64,000 bases of DNA. It comes from Phaeosaccion multiseriatum. Lineage: Eukaryota; Protista; Ochrophyta, other classes. How positions within the stretch are numbered: the stretch's first letter is position 1; each line of letters begins with the position of its first letter. A program made the translations under genes and the position numbers. The DNA lies in contig OZ218957.1 of the NCBI GenBank assembly GCA_965112735.1, positions 1,550,001 through 1,614,000 of the forward strand, in the 5' to 3' direction. Below are positions 1-9,938 of this stretch, in pieces. A model generated the notes under the pieces. That model did no database searches and had not been told where the DNA came from. It was given only the letters and a program-made list of their open reading frames with translations.

Positions 1-1
1 G

Positions 2-3000
2 CTCCGAGAGGGCCCGCAAGTAGGCTCGGACTGCGCTGATTCGCTGTTTGTCCGGATGCTTGGCGAGATACTGCTCCACTGCTTGGGGTGTATCCGCCAT
101 AAGCTGCTCGATGGGCTCCTCGCTGTTCTCGACTGCGTCGAAGCCTCTCCACTTGACGATTAAGAACCAGCTGCCATCAGCACGCCTAACCAGCCCCTCA
201 AAAGACTCGACTACGAAACTCTGAGTGCTGTGTGAGATCTGGTGGAGGACGTCGGTAGTAAGATTGACATCACCGTCGCAGTAGTAGCGTAGCCGGTTGA
301 TGTGCACGTCCAAAGTGCGCTTCTGTCCCACTAACTCCTCAATGCGATATACGTGGTGCTCGAGAGCCTCAGTCACTCGGCAAGGACCATGCCATCGGCC
401 AACGACCTTGCTCGTAGGCCCCACTGACGCCACCGTCACAAATACTCCAGGCTGGAAAATTGACTCGCTGGCGAGCTCGCGCGCGCGATCAAGATCCTTC
501 CTGTGCTCGGCGCCACGCCGCCCCTGCAATAGACGTGCGTTGATGCCATCACGCTTGCGCTCCCTGATCTTGGAGAGGTGCTCCTCGACCCGTGTACGTA
601 ACTGCTCCCGAATTTGCTGCAGCCCCTCAGCCATCGTGTCGACCTGCGCTTGGGTGAGTTGCTTCAACTCCACCTTCTGCGCTCGATCAGCATCATGAAG
701 CATAACCGTGTCGATAGGGCGCTGAGGTACATGGCCTGAATGCAGCTCAATCGGAGACTTGCTGGAACGACTGCTCTTGGTGCAACTGTTCTCGATGGAC
801 TCGACCACTGGCAGAAACTGCGGCCACGACTCTGGTAGCGCCCTCATCTCTGATAGTAGCGGCTGCATAAGCTTCTGAAGCGTTTGCACTCCGCGCTCCC
901 CAAGTCCACGGCTATAAGCCGCATGTGCCACCACAAAATGATGATCACACCTCAACATTGCTCTCAGCTCGCTCATCACCTCATTGAGGAAATGACTGCC
1001 TCTGTCACTCTGCCATCGAGGCACAATGCCATGCTGAGCAAACCATCTCAGCAAAGCCCGCGCGCACCCTCGTGCGGTAGCCTCATAGCACGGCTCGTAC
1101 ATTGTCAAGGACGAAAAGTCATCAAAAATGCATAGCGCGTACTGTACTTGAATCTGCATGAACCCATCAGGTCCATCAACCCAAATGATACCCTTGCCCA
1201 TCTTGACATAGTCAAACCATATCATCTGCTGGGGCTTGGTAGCATGCCATTGACCCAAAAGCGGTCGAGGAACGCGCAGCCCTACGCCATTGCTAAGGCA
1301 ATGAATACACTCGTTCACAAAGCGCTTGATATCCTCATGCTGGCCATGCCAGACAAAGTCCTTCCCTACAGCTTCCAGCGTGTTGGTCATCCCACGATGG
1401 CCCATGCCCCCCTGGTGGGCCACTACGCTGAGCCGAAGGCGCAAATCCTCTGCCTTACGCGGTATCCAAATCTTTGACTGCTGAGCGTCGTCATCTGTGC
1501 TACTTTTTGCTCGAATCAGACCGCCGTCGCCAGTCTGTGAGAGAAGCAGTTGGCGACCACTCTCTCCCACCTCTTTGCCAGCGTCCAGGAGCTTTGCAAA
1601 GGCCTCCTGCTGAACGCTGACAATCTCCTGCTCCGTGGGCCAAAGAAAGTCAGGCGCCATCATGTCAAAGACCTGCATGGCTCCGAATTTCCCGCCTCGT
1701 AGAGCCAACACGCAAGGCGCTGCATGGCTCGTCCTCTTGCGCCAACGGCTCAGAGGGTCAGCCCACAAGTGCTTGTCGCCAGGCAAATGCATAATTGTAT
1801 AGTCAAATGCCTGCAATCGAAGTGCCTGTCGCTGCAGCCGCTCTCGCATGGGTTTGGTCAGACCCGGGTACTGTGGGTCGTTAGACCAGAGAAAAGCCAA
1901 ATTGCGATGGTCGCAGAAAATGTATACCTTCCTCGCCCCTACCAAAGCGTACTCATTCTGAATCACAGTCCGGTAAGTGGCATCTGCCTCTTTGTCCACA
2001 GTTGCTCGCTTGAGCTCATGCTTCCCAAAGCCACCTGAACAGAAAGCGACCGGCTCCATGTCCATCTCGTCAAGAGGAAGACCCACGTTCTCGGGTCTAC
2101 ACTGTGCGATCATGCCCCCCCAGTAGCGGTCACTGGCGTCTGCAAACACTAGTACTACCTGCTCAGGGTCCGGGTGAGCGCGCACCGTGTTCTCTGCGAG
2201 CACGCGCTTGATCCCCAAGAAAGCCGCGTCATGCTCAGCTGTCCACCTCTTGTCTAGTTGAATAGTTGCAGCCACAGCCTTAGAGCGCTTGTGCTGATGC
2301 GGTTTGGCATTAGCCTCCCCCAAACACTCATTCAACAAGTCATACAGAGGCCCCACCCACTGTGCGAAATCTTTCACCCAGCGGTTGAACCACTGTATTC
2401 CACACAGGAACGTCATCAGATCGCCCGCTGTCTCCGGCGTACCCAAGTCTGTCAGACCTTGAATTCGCTCCGGATCGTGACGAGTACCATGTCTGTCATG
2501 CACTCTGCCCACGAACTTCAACTCACTTCCGAAACTGAATGAGCTGACTCCCATCTTCAAGTTCTTCTCGTGAAGCTTGTCCATGGTGAGTTCGGTCCTC
2601 TCGACCAGCTCCTCACCCTCGATAGCCCAGTAGGCGATATTGTCAATGTACACAGCGTGAGTCTTACCGACTTCCTCGCGAAAGACCTCGCTCATGGTAC
2701 CTTGCACATATGCCGCTGAGTTGAGGGCTCCCTGTGGTACTCTCGTAGGAGTCACCTTTGCGTCTGAGGTTATGTAAGTGAAATGCTCCTGGCACCACTC
2801 CTCGAGCGGAAATTGCCAAAAGAAATCCTTGCCATCAATCTCAATAAACCATCTGGCCCCTCGCAGTGCGAGAGAGATAGTCTCCGTGTCAGTCATACCG
2901 AAATCAACCTTGACTGTGTTTGCGTTAGCTGCCCGAAGGTCACACACCAGTCTGTACTTACCGGGCTTTCCCGGCTTTCCCACTGCGAAGGCTCGGTTAG

Positions 3001-5059
3001 AATACACGCTCTGCGGGTTGCTGTAGCCAAAGCCCTTGTCTACCATTTTATTGGTGAACTCGCGCACAAAGGCCGCCTTCGGACCGGGTTGCTTGATAGG
3101 GAGCTGCGAATGTGGTTCAGAGCTCTTGAACTGCACCTTCATCGGCTCAACCTTAGCAGCACCGTCCTCCCACAGTAACTCATCCCGCCACACGTCAGGC
3201 CACTTCAGTAGTGCCCTCAGCATCGGTTCTTTCAACCGCTCGGGAAAATCATGCTCTGCTATAGCATTGTCGACGACTGACCCCAAACGTGCCTCTAGGC
3301 TCTCGTATGTGGGCGGCAGTCCGTCCTCAGGTTGCTGAATGGTATCAGCTACACCGTCATACTGTTTGATCTCTTCATTGTTAAGGTGGTAGGTTCCTAC
3401 CGATCCTACTATGGGCGTCTTGCCCGTCCCCTGCTCAACAGGAAACAAATCGTCACTCTCCTCTGAGGGAGCCGACGAAAAGAGACTCATCACTCTACCT
3501 GCGCTGGAGCTGTGAGGCTCTGCCTCCTTCTCCTTCTCCGCAGTCTCTCGTTCGCGACGCAAAGCTTCTTCGCTATGCATCGTCTCGAACTGGGCTCGAA
3601 TGGATGATAGTCCAAAAGCCTTCTGAAGAGGACGACCTAGACACATCATGTCGATCTCCTCCAACACGTACGCATTGCGCAGACTCTCTTCCATCTGAAG
3701 GGTACTCACTGGCCCCCATGGAAAGTCAAACAACAAATGCGCTCCTGTCAAAACCTGCGTGGCTTCGACCAGGCCATTTCCAGTCTTGAGGCTCCGGGGT
3801 TTAATGACTGTGAGCTCGCCACCTCGCCCGAGCGCAACAAACTTGTCTGCATCTCGGCGGGAGATAACCAGCCCCACATCACAGCCCGAGTCCCAAACTG
3901 CGGAAATCTTCAGCCGTGCGGCTTCCGACACCGTCTCAGATGGGTTGGCGACGAGATCAACTGTGACTCTCTCCCCTTCCACATCCTCTGCTACGGCTCC
4001 TGCATCTGCCTCTGCTGATGCCAGGACCTTAATGTGCGGGTGTTTCTTCTTATAGTCCGCCCACAGCCGATCCTTCTGATCTTGGGAGGTCGTTGGGCAC
4101 TTCCTGAGGGTGTGGGCTAACTCACATGAAAGACACTTTCCAGAGAAAGGGCGTGGCTCCTTAGCCCCCCCTCCTCCGGCAGGCTTAACATCCTCCTTGG
4201 GTTTTGCTTCAACCGAACCACCACTTGCAGCTGCACCATTCTTGGCCGCCGCCTGCTCCTGCTTCTTCTTCTTCCAGGCGGGCTCTCCCCCCTTTCCAGA
4301 ATTAGCAGAGCCGCCTCCTCCCGTCTTCTTCAAGTTGGGCAAGGCCTGTTCCGCCGTGAGATTCGCTCGCGCGGCAGCAGCTCGAGCATTAGCCCACCCC
4401 ATGTGGATATCAATCACGAGCTCAAACCACTGCTTGTAGTTCTTGTCCCAATCAATCGAGCTCTGCCACTGTCTCTCGGCATCTTTAATGAGCTTCACCA
4501 TATTGGAATCAAATCGGTTCAAGACACTGTTGAAAGCAAACCTGATGGACTTCGTAGCCGCCTTATCTTTGGGCAGCCACCAATTGTCTGCAGTGCCATC
4601 CTCCGTCTGCAAGAGGGAGCTGAAGGAGCTGTTCTTGATCATACCCAAAAACTCCGTATGGGCATATATTAAAGCCTCCTTCAGCGCTCCGGCGTTCTCA
4701 CGATTCGCACATTCTATCGTGATCTCGTCGGCAATAGATGCAAGTGTCTCTCCTTGCACGTCGCTCTCAGAATGTTCCTTCAACCAATCCTTGAGCCATT
4801 TCTTCACGTTCTCAGTGTTCAGCTCTGTTACCTGTACCTTTAACTCAACGCTGGCTTGCGTTCTCAGAACAGGGTCCAACAAAGTAGCCATGTCGGGAAT
4901 GCGAGCTTGCTGTCTAGCGAGTCTCATTCTCTCTGCGCACCTCTCATAGCCATACACAAAGGTGTTCACTCTGATCGGAGTCTTCTGCCCTTTAAGAATC
5001 GGCCAATCTCCTCTCCAATCGCTGGTGTCATACTTATCCTGCTCTGAAGGCGTAGCCAT
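2..5059 (-). CDS. Gag-Pol polyprotein (partial, open to the window edge)
   Basis: Manual translation from the ATG at 5059 gives zinc knuckle CLSCELAHTLRKC (~4130-4095), protease AVWDSGC (~3900), RT AVYIDNIAY (~2656-2630), RNase H VFADAS (~2140), integrase HHCC (AHQGGMGH...CIHC, ~1420-1295) and chromodomain FLIVKWRGFDAVENSEEP (~166-113). The ATG, RT motif and chromodomain share one frame. The ORF is absent from the supplied track, consistent with no stop before position 1. Confidence 0.85.
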   Translation of the reverse strand, partial: MATPSEQDKYDTSDWRGDWPILKGQKTPIRVNTFVYGYERCAERMRLARQQARIPDMATLLDPVLRTQASVELKVQVTELNTENVKKWLKDWLKEHSESDVQGETLASIADEITIECANRENAGALKEALIYAHTEFLGMIKNSSFSSLLQTEDGTADNWWLPKDKAATKSIRFAFNSVLNRFDSNMVKLIKDAERQWQSSIDWDKNYKQWFELVIDIHMGWANARAAAARANLTAEQALPNLKKTGGGGSANSGKGGEPAWKKKKQEQAAAKNGAAASGGSVEAKPKEDVKPAGGGGAKEPRPFSGKCLSCELAHTLRKCPTTSQDQKDRLWADYKKKHPHIKVLASAEADAGAVAEDVEGERVTVDLVANPSETVSEAARLKISAVWDSGCDVGLVISRRDADKFVALGRGGELTVIKPRSLKTGNGLVEATQVLTGAHLLFDFPWGPVSTLQMEESLRNAYVLEEIDMMCLGRPLQKAFGLSSIRAQFETMHSEEALRRERETAEKEKEAEPHSSSAGRVMSLFSSAPSEESDDLFPVEQGTGKTPIVGSVGTYHLNNEEIKQYDGVADTIQQPEDGLPPTYESLEARLGSVVDNAIAEHDFPERLKEPMLRALLKWPDVWRDELLWEDGAAKVEPMKVQFKSSEPHSQLPIKQPGPKAAFVREFTNKMVDKGFGYSNPQSVYSNRAFAVGKPGKPGKYRLVCDLRAANANTVKVDFGMTDTETISLALRGARWFIEIDGKDFFWQFPLEEWCQEHFTYITSDAKVTPTRVPQGALNSAAYVQGTMSEVFREEVGKTHAVYIDNIAYWAIEGEELVERTELTMDKLHEKNLKMGVSSFSFGSELKFVGRVHDRHGTRHDPERIQGLTDLGTPETAGDLMTFLCGIQWFNRWVKDFAQWVGPLYDLLNECLGEANAKPHQHKRSKAVAATIQLDKRWTAEHDAAFLGIKRVLAENTVRAHPDPEQVVLVFADASDRYWGGMIAQCRPENVGLPLDEMDMEPVAFCSGGFGKHELKRATVDKEADATYRTVIQNEYALVGARKVYIFCDHRNLAFLWSNDPQYPGLTKPMRERLQRQALRLQAFDYTIMHLPGDKHLWADPLSRWRKRTSHAAPCVLALRGGKFGAMQVFDMMAPDFLWPTEQEIVSVQQEAFAKLLDAGKEVGESGRQLLLSQTGDGGLIRAKSSTDDDAQQSKIWIPRKAEDLRLRLSVVAHQGGMGHRGMTNTLEAVGKDFVWHGQHEDIKRFVNECIHCLSNGVGLRVPRPLLGQWHATKPQQMIWFDYVKMGKGIIWVDGPDGFMQIQVQYALCIFDDFSSLTMYEPCYEATARGCARALLRWFAQHGIVPRWQSDRGSHFLNEVMSELRAMLRCDHHFVVAHAAYSRGLGERGVQTLQKLMQPLLSEMRALPESWPQFLPVVESIENSCTKSSRSSKSPIELHSGHVPQRPIDTVMLHDADRAQKVELKQLTQAQVDTMAEGLQQIREQLRTRVEEHLSKIRERKRDGINARLLQGRRGAEHRKDLDRARELASESIFQPGVFVTVASVGPTSKVVGRWHGPCRVTEALEHHVYRIEELVGQKRTLDVHINRLRYYCDGDVNLTTDVLHQISHSTQSFVVESFEGLVRRADGSWFLIVKWRGFDAVENSEEPIEQLMADTPQAVEQYLAKHPDKQRISAVRAYLRALSE

Positions 5060-5228
5060 CCTCCTAGGTTTCCCTAGAAGACTGCACTGATGTCTGTCGC
5101 TGCTGAAGTCTCGTTGGACGTCTCCTCAGAACTCCTGCAACTGCTGTTATTCTTCTTTCGCAACTCTTTATGCGAGAACTAGTTCTGTGCTAAGCTGACG
5201 TAGAAAAGCTTAAGGGGTTTGGACCAAG

Positions 5229-5421
5229 TATTCGCCGCGCCTCTGGTGGGGCGTCGGTGTCCGTATTAAGTCTTTACTACTCACTTAGAGCTTGCAAGAA
5301 AAAGAGTGCTCTCCACACGCTTTCTATCTATCCCCCCTGGGTCAGGGGTGTCCATGAAGGTTACACTCATATTTCTGTGACCCCTGAATGTATGACCAAC
5401 ACTTTATAGGACAATAGCACA
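5229..5421 (-). repeat. Putative 5' LTR of the gypsy element (~190 bp)
   Basis: Starts TG at the insertion junction and ends 1-2 nt before TGGTCC, which is compatible with a tRNA-Tyr-like 3' end (inference). The partner LTR is outside the window and the 3' boundary is not a canonical CA. Confidence 0.55.
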
Positions 5422-5526
5422 TCCCCTCCACCTCACGCTCCATCAATACCACACATACACGCATCTACATATGGTTACAACTTACCTCGAGCGCTCCAAT
5501 ACTGAGCCCATAAGCTCTAATATACA
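5422..5526 (+). mobile_element. Non-LTR element 3'-terminal fragment (copy L2), interrupted by the gypsy insertion
   Basis: Reverse complement of the element end at 15223ff. Ends ...GCTCTAATATACA and is followed by target TCTCACACCCC (5527-5537). Confidence 0.9.
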
Positions 5527-5537
5527 TCTCACACCCC

Positions 5538-5932
5538 ATGACGCAGCACGAAGCAGCAGAAACCCTCGACTGGGGGCTCATGGGAGCCATCGACGGAGCG
5601 GCCGCCTGAGGAGCAGGAGTACACCAGCCAGCAGACAGCGAGACCATCAGCACACAGCATAGCAACCACAGTTAGTCACGCCTTGTCACCCGCACCACCC
5701 ACAGTAGGCTAGTTCACATATCACCTCCACCACCTCACTCCTTCCCACACCCCTTCATCTCCTCCTCCCCCCTTCACTCCCTTCCCATTCCCCATTATCC
5801 TCTACTCTACCACCCTTACCATCCTCTTCCCCTCCACCTCACGCTCCATCAATACCACACATACACGCATCTACATATGGTTACAACTTACCTCGAGCGC
5901 TCCAATACTGAGCCCATAAGCTCTAATATACA
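5538..5932 (+). mobile_element. 5'-truncated non-LTR copy (copy L1, ~395 bp: last codons MTQHEAAETLDWGLMGAIDGAAA* plus 3' UTR)
   Basis: Matches the ORF end and 3' UTR of copy 1, followed by target TCTCACACCCCTCCACAGTACAC. Confidence 0.92.
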
Positions 5933-6113
5933 TCTCACACCCCTCCACAGTACACCTCTTCCGCATTCTCACAGCTCCGTGGCTACTGCAAAGCCCTCCT
6001 TGGACCTGCTTCTTCTCACACCCCTCCACAGTATACGTCTTGACCACAGCTCCGAGGCTCAAGTAAAGTCCGCCCTGCTGCGAATGCTTTTCACACCCCT
6101 CCCCAGTCCACAC
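5933..6113 (-). repeat. Left zinc-finger-coding repeat array (about 2.5 units, partly degenerate)
   Basis: Translates (ORF 5871-6113 minus) to GEGCEKHSQQGGLYLSLGAVVKTYTVEGCEKKQVQGGLCSSHGAVRMRKRCTVEGCE before the element junction. Confidence 0.8.
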
Positions 6114-7504
6114 GGTTTTGGATCCCGGCTGCGAGACAAGAGGGTCTTCTCCTCAGAGAGTTCTTTAAAACAGATAACGGGATAAGAGGTTAGGGTATCA
6201 TGCAGGGAACCCCAGCTCTGAGGAAAAGACCCTTCAACACAAAAACAAAGATTATCTCTCCTCAGGGCTTTTCCCTCAGAGTTCTCGCCGTAGTCCTGAA
6301 AGACAGAGAGAAGTCTCGCCCGTTCACGCTCACCAGCTCTGAGTGGCTCCTCACCAAAAAAGTGGGAGGACTTGGCTGAAGGTTGAATCGATGAATCCTA
6401 CGCAGGGTGTCGTCGTCCTTAGGAGACAACCTCTCCCACCACCACTTCCTCCCCTCCTCTCCCTCCGGGACGCGGGTCACGATGGACTGAAGGCCTTAGC
6501 TTAGCGCCTCTAGCCGTATCACTCTCCAGTCCGTTGTAAAGAGAGGGAAAATACAGACCCCCAGCCTAAAGTTTGGGAGCAGGCGGTGTAACCTTTCCTT
6601 CTCTTTCCAGGGCGGTACTTCTCTTGCACGCTAGTTTTCTCTCCCCGGTTTCTCTTTGCTCTTCTCTTCAACTCTCTCTCTCTCTTGTTTCTCTCTCTCT
6701 CTTTCCCTCCCTCTCAGCAGCCGAACTTCACCACAGCTGGAGGGGGCTGCTGCTGCGGGAACGCTAAAGGGTGGTGAGTGACGAGGAAGGGGGAAGGAAG
6801 GGAAGGGGGCGAAAATGAGCTTCATTGACATAATTATCTTCTCCTCCTCCACATCTGAGGCGGCGAAGCCTGGATGAGGGAAGGAGCAGAGAAACGCCAT
6901 CTGTGAACACCGATTGGAGGACCAACCGATGAGGGATTGCCTCCTGTTACTTTCTTTTTTCTTATTTGGTATAGGCATGCATGTCTTGGGTAAGGGCTCT
7001 CCCCTCCCCAACAGTCGTACGTACGTAACCGTATAACCTTACGTGTATAGCCTCATCGGCTGCCGTGCGCATACGTAGGCTAGGAATGCCTTGCGGCTCG
7101 GGTTTCTGCACCACCCAAAACGGCCTCGTCCTCGTGCACGCATTTATCACCCCTATCCCCCCTCCCCTCCCCCCCTCCACCGCACCCCACCCCACCCCAC
7201 CCCACCCCACTCCACTCCACTCCACCCCACCCCAAATCATAAAAGTATGTACAAGCACGCGAGAGAGAGAGAGAGAGAGCACCCATCACGGCATTCCAGA
7301 AGTATCACCACCACTGGTAGGTAGGGCGGTTGGTACTCCAGTTCCTGCCAATGCAATGAGCTTCCATAAACGCTTTCCACTACCAGCCACACAGCTTCAC
7401 TCCACAGGTAGTCAGTCAAGGCAGTACCCCCAGCCTCTCTCCCCAAGTCACAGCTAGGCCAGACAGCCCAGTACCAGCCAGACAGTATCCCATCTCCTCA
7501 CCCC

Positions 7505-9473
7505 TCACATAAACAGGTTATCATCGTTGTTGCTACCCCGGGGACCTGGTGGCTGCAAGTGGTCCGGATTGGGCCCCCCAAACGGCCCCAACCCTACCCC
7601 GCCCCCGGGACCCCTGCCCCCGCCCCTACCCCTTCCACCTCCTCCCCCCATCCCACCTGCACCACCACCGCCAGGGCCCCCCGGATGGTGCGGCAGCCCT
7701 CCCCCCAGCGGTGGACCAAAGGGGTCGAACCTCGGCTGAGGGGGGTACCCCACGCCGCCCCCTGCACCACCCCCAAGCTCCCCTCCGCGGCCCCCGAACA
7801 TGGGGTGCTCAGGTCCCATAAGTCCTCCTGCGCCGCCCCCCGGGATGCCTCCTCCCCCTCCCAGCCCTCCTCCCACCCCTTCCCCACCGGGAGGCATGAG
7901 GTTGGACGGAAAGATGTCTCCACTAAAGTCTCCTCGTCGCCCTCCCCTCCCCGGCCCTCGCAACCCGTCGTAACCGTAGCCTCCCTCTCCTCGGGTATCC
8001 ATAGAGGAGGAGGAGGAGGAGGAGGAGTCGGGGTCATCCCCTCGTCGCGGTGCTGAGGACTGCCTCCCTCCGGGGACTTGTGCTGGCTGGGCAGTCTCGG
8101 GTGCGGGCTCGGGAGGAGGGAGGATGGAGGCGAGGACACGCTCCTGGAACGCTTTGAAGGTGCTCTATAAGGGGAGGGGCGAGGGAGGGAGGGAGGGAGG
8201 GAGGGAGCGGAGGAGAGGAGGAAGGTATAGAGGGAGAGAGGGAGGGAGGGGAGAGGGGGAGAGAGACAGAGAAATGGAGGAGGACAAAGTAAAGACAGTC
8301 AGGCGCAGTCGCAGAGGCCTTCCAAGCTCAAGCCCGAGCCAGCAGCAGTAGTTGGTGATACAGCAGCAAGAGCAGCAGTTGGTGGTATAAGAGCAGCAGC
8401 CTACCTCAAGGGCGGTCGCCAGGGCCTCCCACTCGCCCTCCCTGGCCGAGGACGGTGATTGTCCCCCCTCCCCCTCCCCCTCCCTCCCCCCCAGCTCCAT
8501 GGAGGCAAGGGGGCCCTTGCGCAGGGCCATATGGCACTCCACGGCCCCGTCCACTTCCACGAGCTTCAGGGAGTAGCTCTTGCCTGGGGAGGGCAGATGG
8601 ATTAGGGGGATTGAGCGCGAGAGGAAGAGAGATGCCGCCACCCGCAGTCTTGTTCATGCCTGCTTGTCTCTCCTCTGCTATTACGGCACCTCTGCTGCCG
8701 TTTGCTGCTGCTTATGCTTGTGCTTCTGCTCTTGCTCTCCCCCCCCCCCCAATCGAAGAGGCATGGCCCGTCCGTCCCTCCCTCCTTCCCTCGCCCCCCC
8801 CGGCCCACTCACCCTTTTGGTCGTCTCTGCGGTACTCGAAGCTGACGACGCCAGCGTCGCTGTTCCAGCCCGTCGGCACGAGCTGCGCCATCGACACGTC
8901 CCGAATGGGGGCAGCGAAGCCCGACACCTGATACAGTACAATTGTGTATAGCCCGATAGGAGGGGAGGGAAGGGGGGTGCCTTTAACTCATGGCTCTCCT
9001 TTGGACAACCCAATCGCCTTTGCGCGGCGACCCCACTCCCATCCTCCACAGCCCGCCTCTGCTCCGACTCACCCACCCACCTGTCCCGCATTGGAGTCCT
9101 TCCCCGTACAGATGAAGCCCTTGTGCGTGAGCAGGCAGTGGAGGGCCACGGACAGAACTTGCAGCCGAGTAGACGCCACCACTCCAGCCCGCTTGGCCAG
9201 GGAGAGGAAGTTGTCACCGCCGCCGCTACCGGTGGCATTCGCAGTAAAGTCGCCACCACCCCCGTTAGAAGTAGCTTCTGGCCCGCCGCCCGTCCCGCTG
9301 GCGCGCCCAGAGGCTGCCTCCGACGAAGTCTTCTTGTTGGAAGCCGCGACCTCACATATCGCCTCGGGGCGGTGGGCGCCCTCCAGTTCGGTCACTGCTC
9401 TCAGCATACCGTCCTTCACGACTCCCTCCGGGAAGAACTCCAGCAGCGTGCGCGCCTTTTCACAGTGCTCCAT
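7505..9473 (-). CDS. PSMF1: PI31/PSMF1-like proteasome regulator, multi-exon (exons about 9473-9081, 8927-8813, 8583-8405, possible small exon, 8165-7505)
   Basis: N-terminal LSVALHCLLTHKGFICTG...FAAPIRDV...LVPTGWNSDAGVVSFEYR...YSLKLVEVDG fits the PI31 FP domain. The Pro/Gly-rich C-terminus has PPQPRFDPFGPP and PNPDHLQPPG and ends DDNLFM (HbYX-like). GT-AG junctions are visible; the middle exon structure is uncertain. Confidence 0.8.
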
Positions 9474-9938
9474 GACTGGAGTGAATTGTGGGAGGAGAGG
9501 GGGAGGGAGATGAAGGAGGCATGGAAGGGGGGGAGGGGATCGGAGGGGATCGGAGGGGAAGGGGAGGAACCTTCCGGATTGAGCTTCCCGCTTCTTCTAC
9601 ATCGGGCCACAATCATACTCTTCGATTGGCGAGAAAGGAAGGGGAGGAGGCAAAGGGGCCCAGAGGGAATCACCCCCCCAAAGTAGCTTGACCCTTCCGC
9701 TCTGTGGAAGAGCTGGATATTCCTTGCTTGTCAACAAACAACCCCTACCTTTCTTTGACGGCTCCCCGCCATCCACGGAAGTCTCTGCGAGACTCTTCCT
9801 TGTCAAAGGGCCGGACAAAGCCATTGTTCTCAACTCCCCTTCTCCCAACGAAATCCCCAGAGCTACAATCGTAGGCCGCCATCGGATCACCGAGGAGGAG
9901 GCGGGGAAGGGGGCGGCCATGGAAACCAGAGAGAAGAG

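Larger units (their letters stand above)
1..5421 (-). mobile_element. Ty3/gypsy chromovirus-type LTR retrotransposon (3' part runs off the window start), inserted into the 3' UTR of a non-LTR copy
   Basis: Minus strand: the 5' LTR starts TGTGCTATTG at 5421, directly abutting non-LTR 3' UTR sequence (tcccctccacctcacg at 5422). A PBS-like TGGTCCAAACCCC lies at 5226-5214, followed by a gag-pol ORF in PR-RT-RH-IN-chromodomain order. Confidence 0.9.

Noticed and set aside
297-5047. Plus-strand ORFs in the first 5 kb
   Set aside because: They are antisense to the gypsy gag-pol frame, which carries all the conserved motifs.
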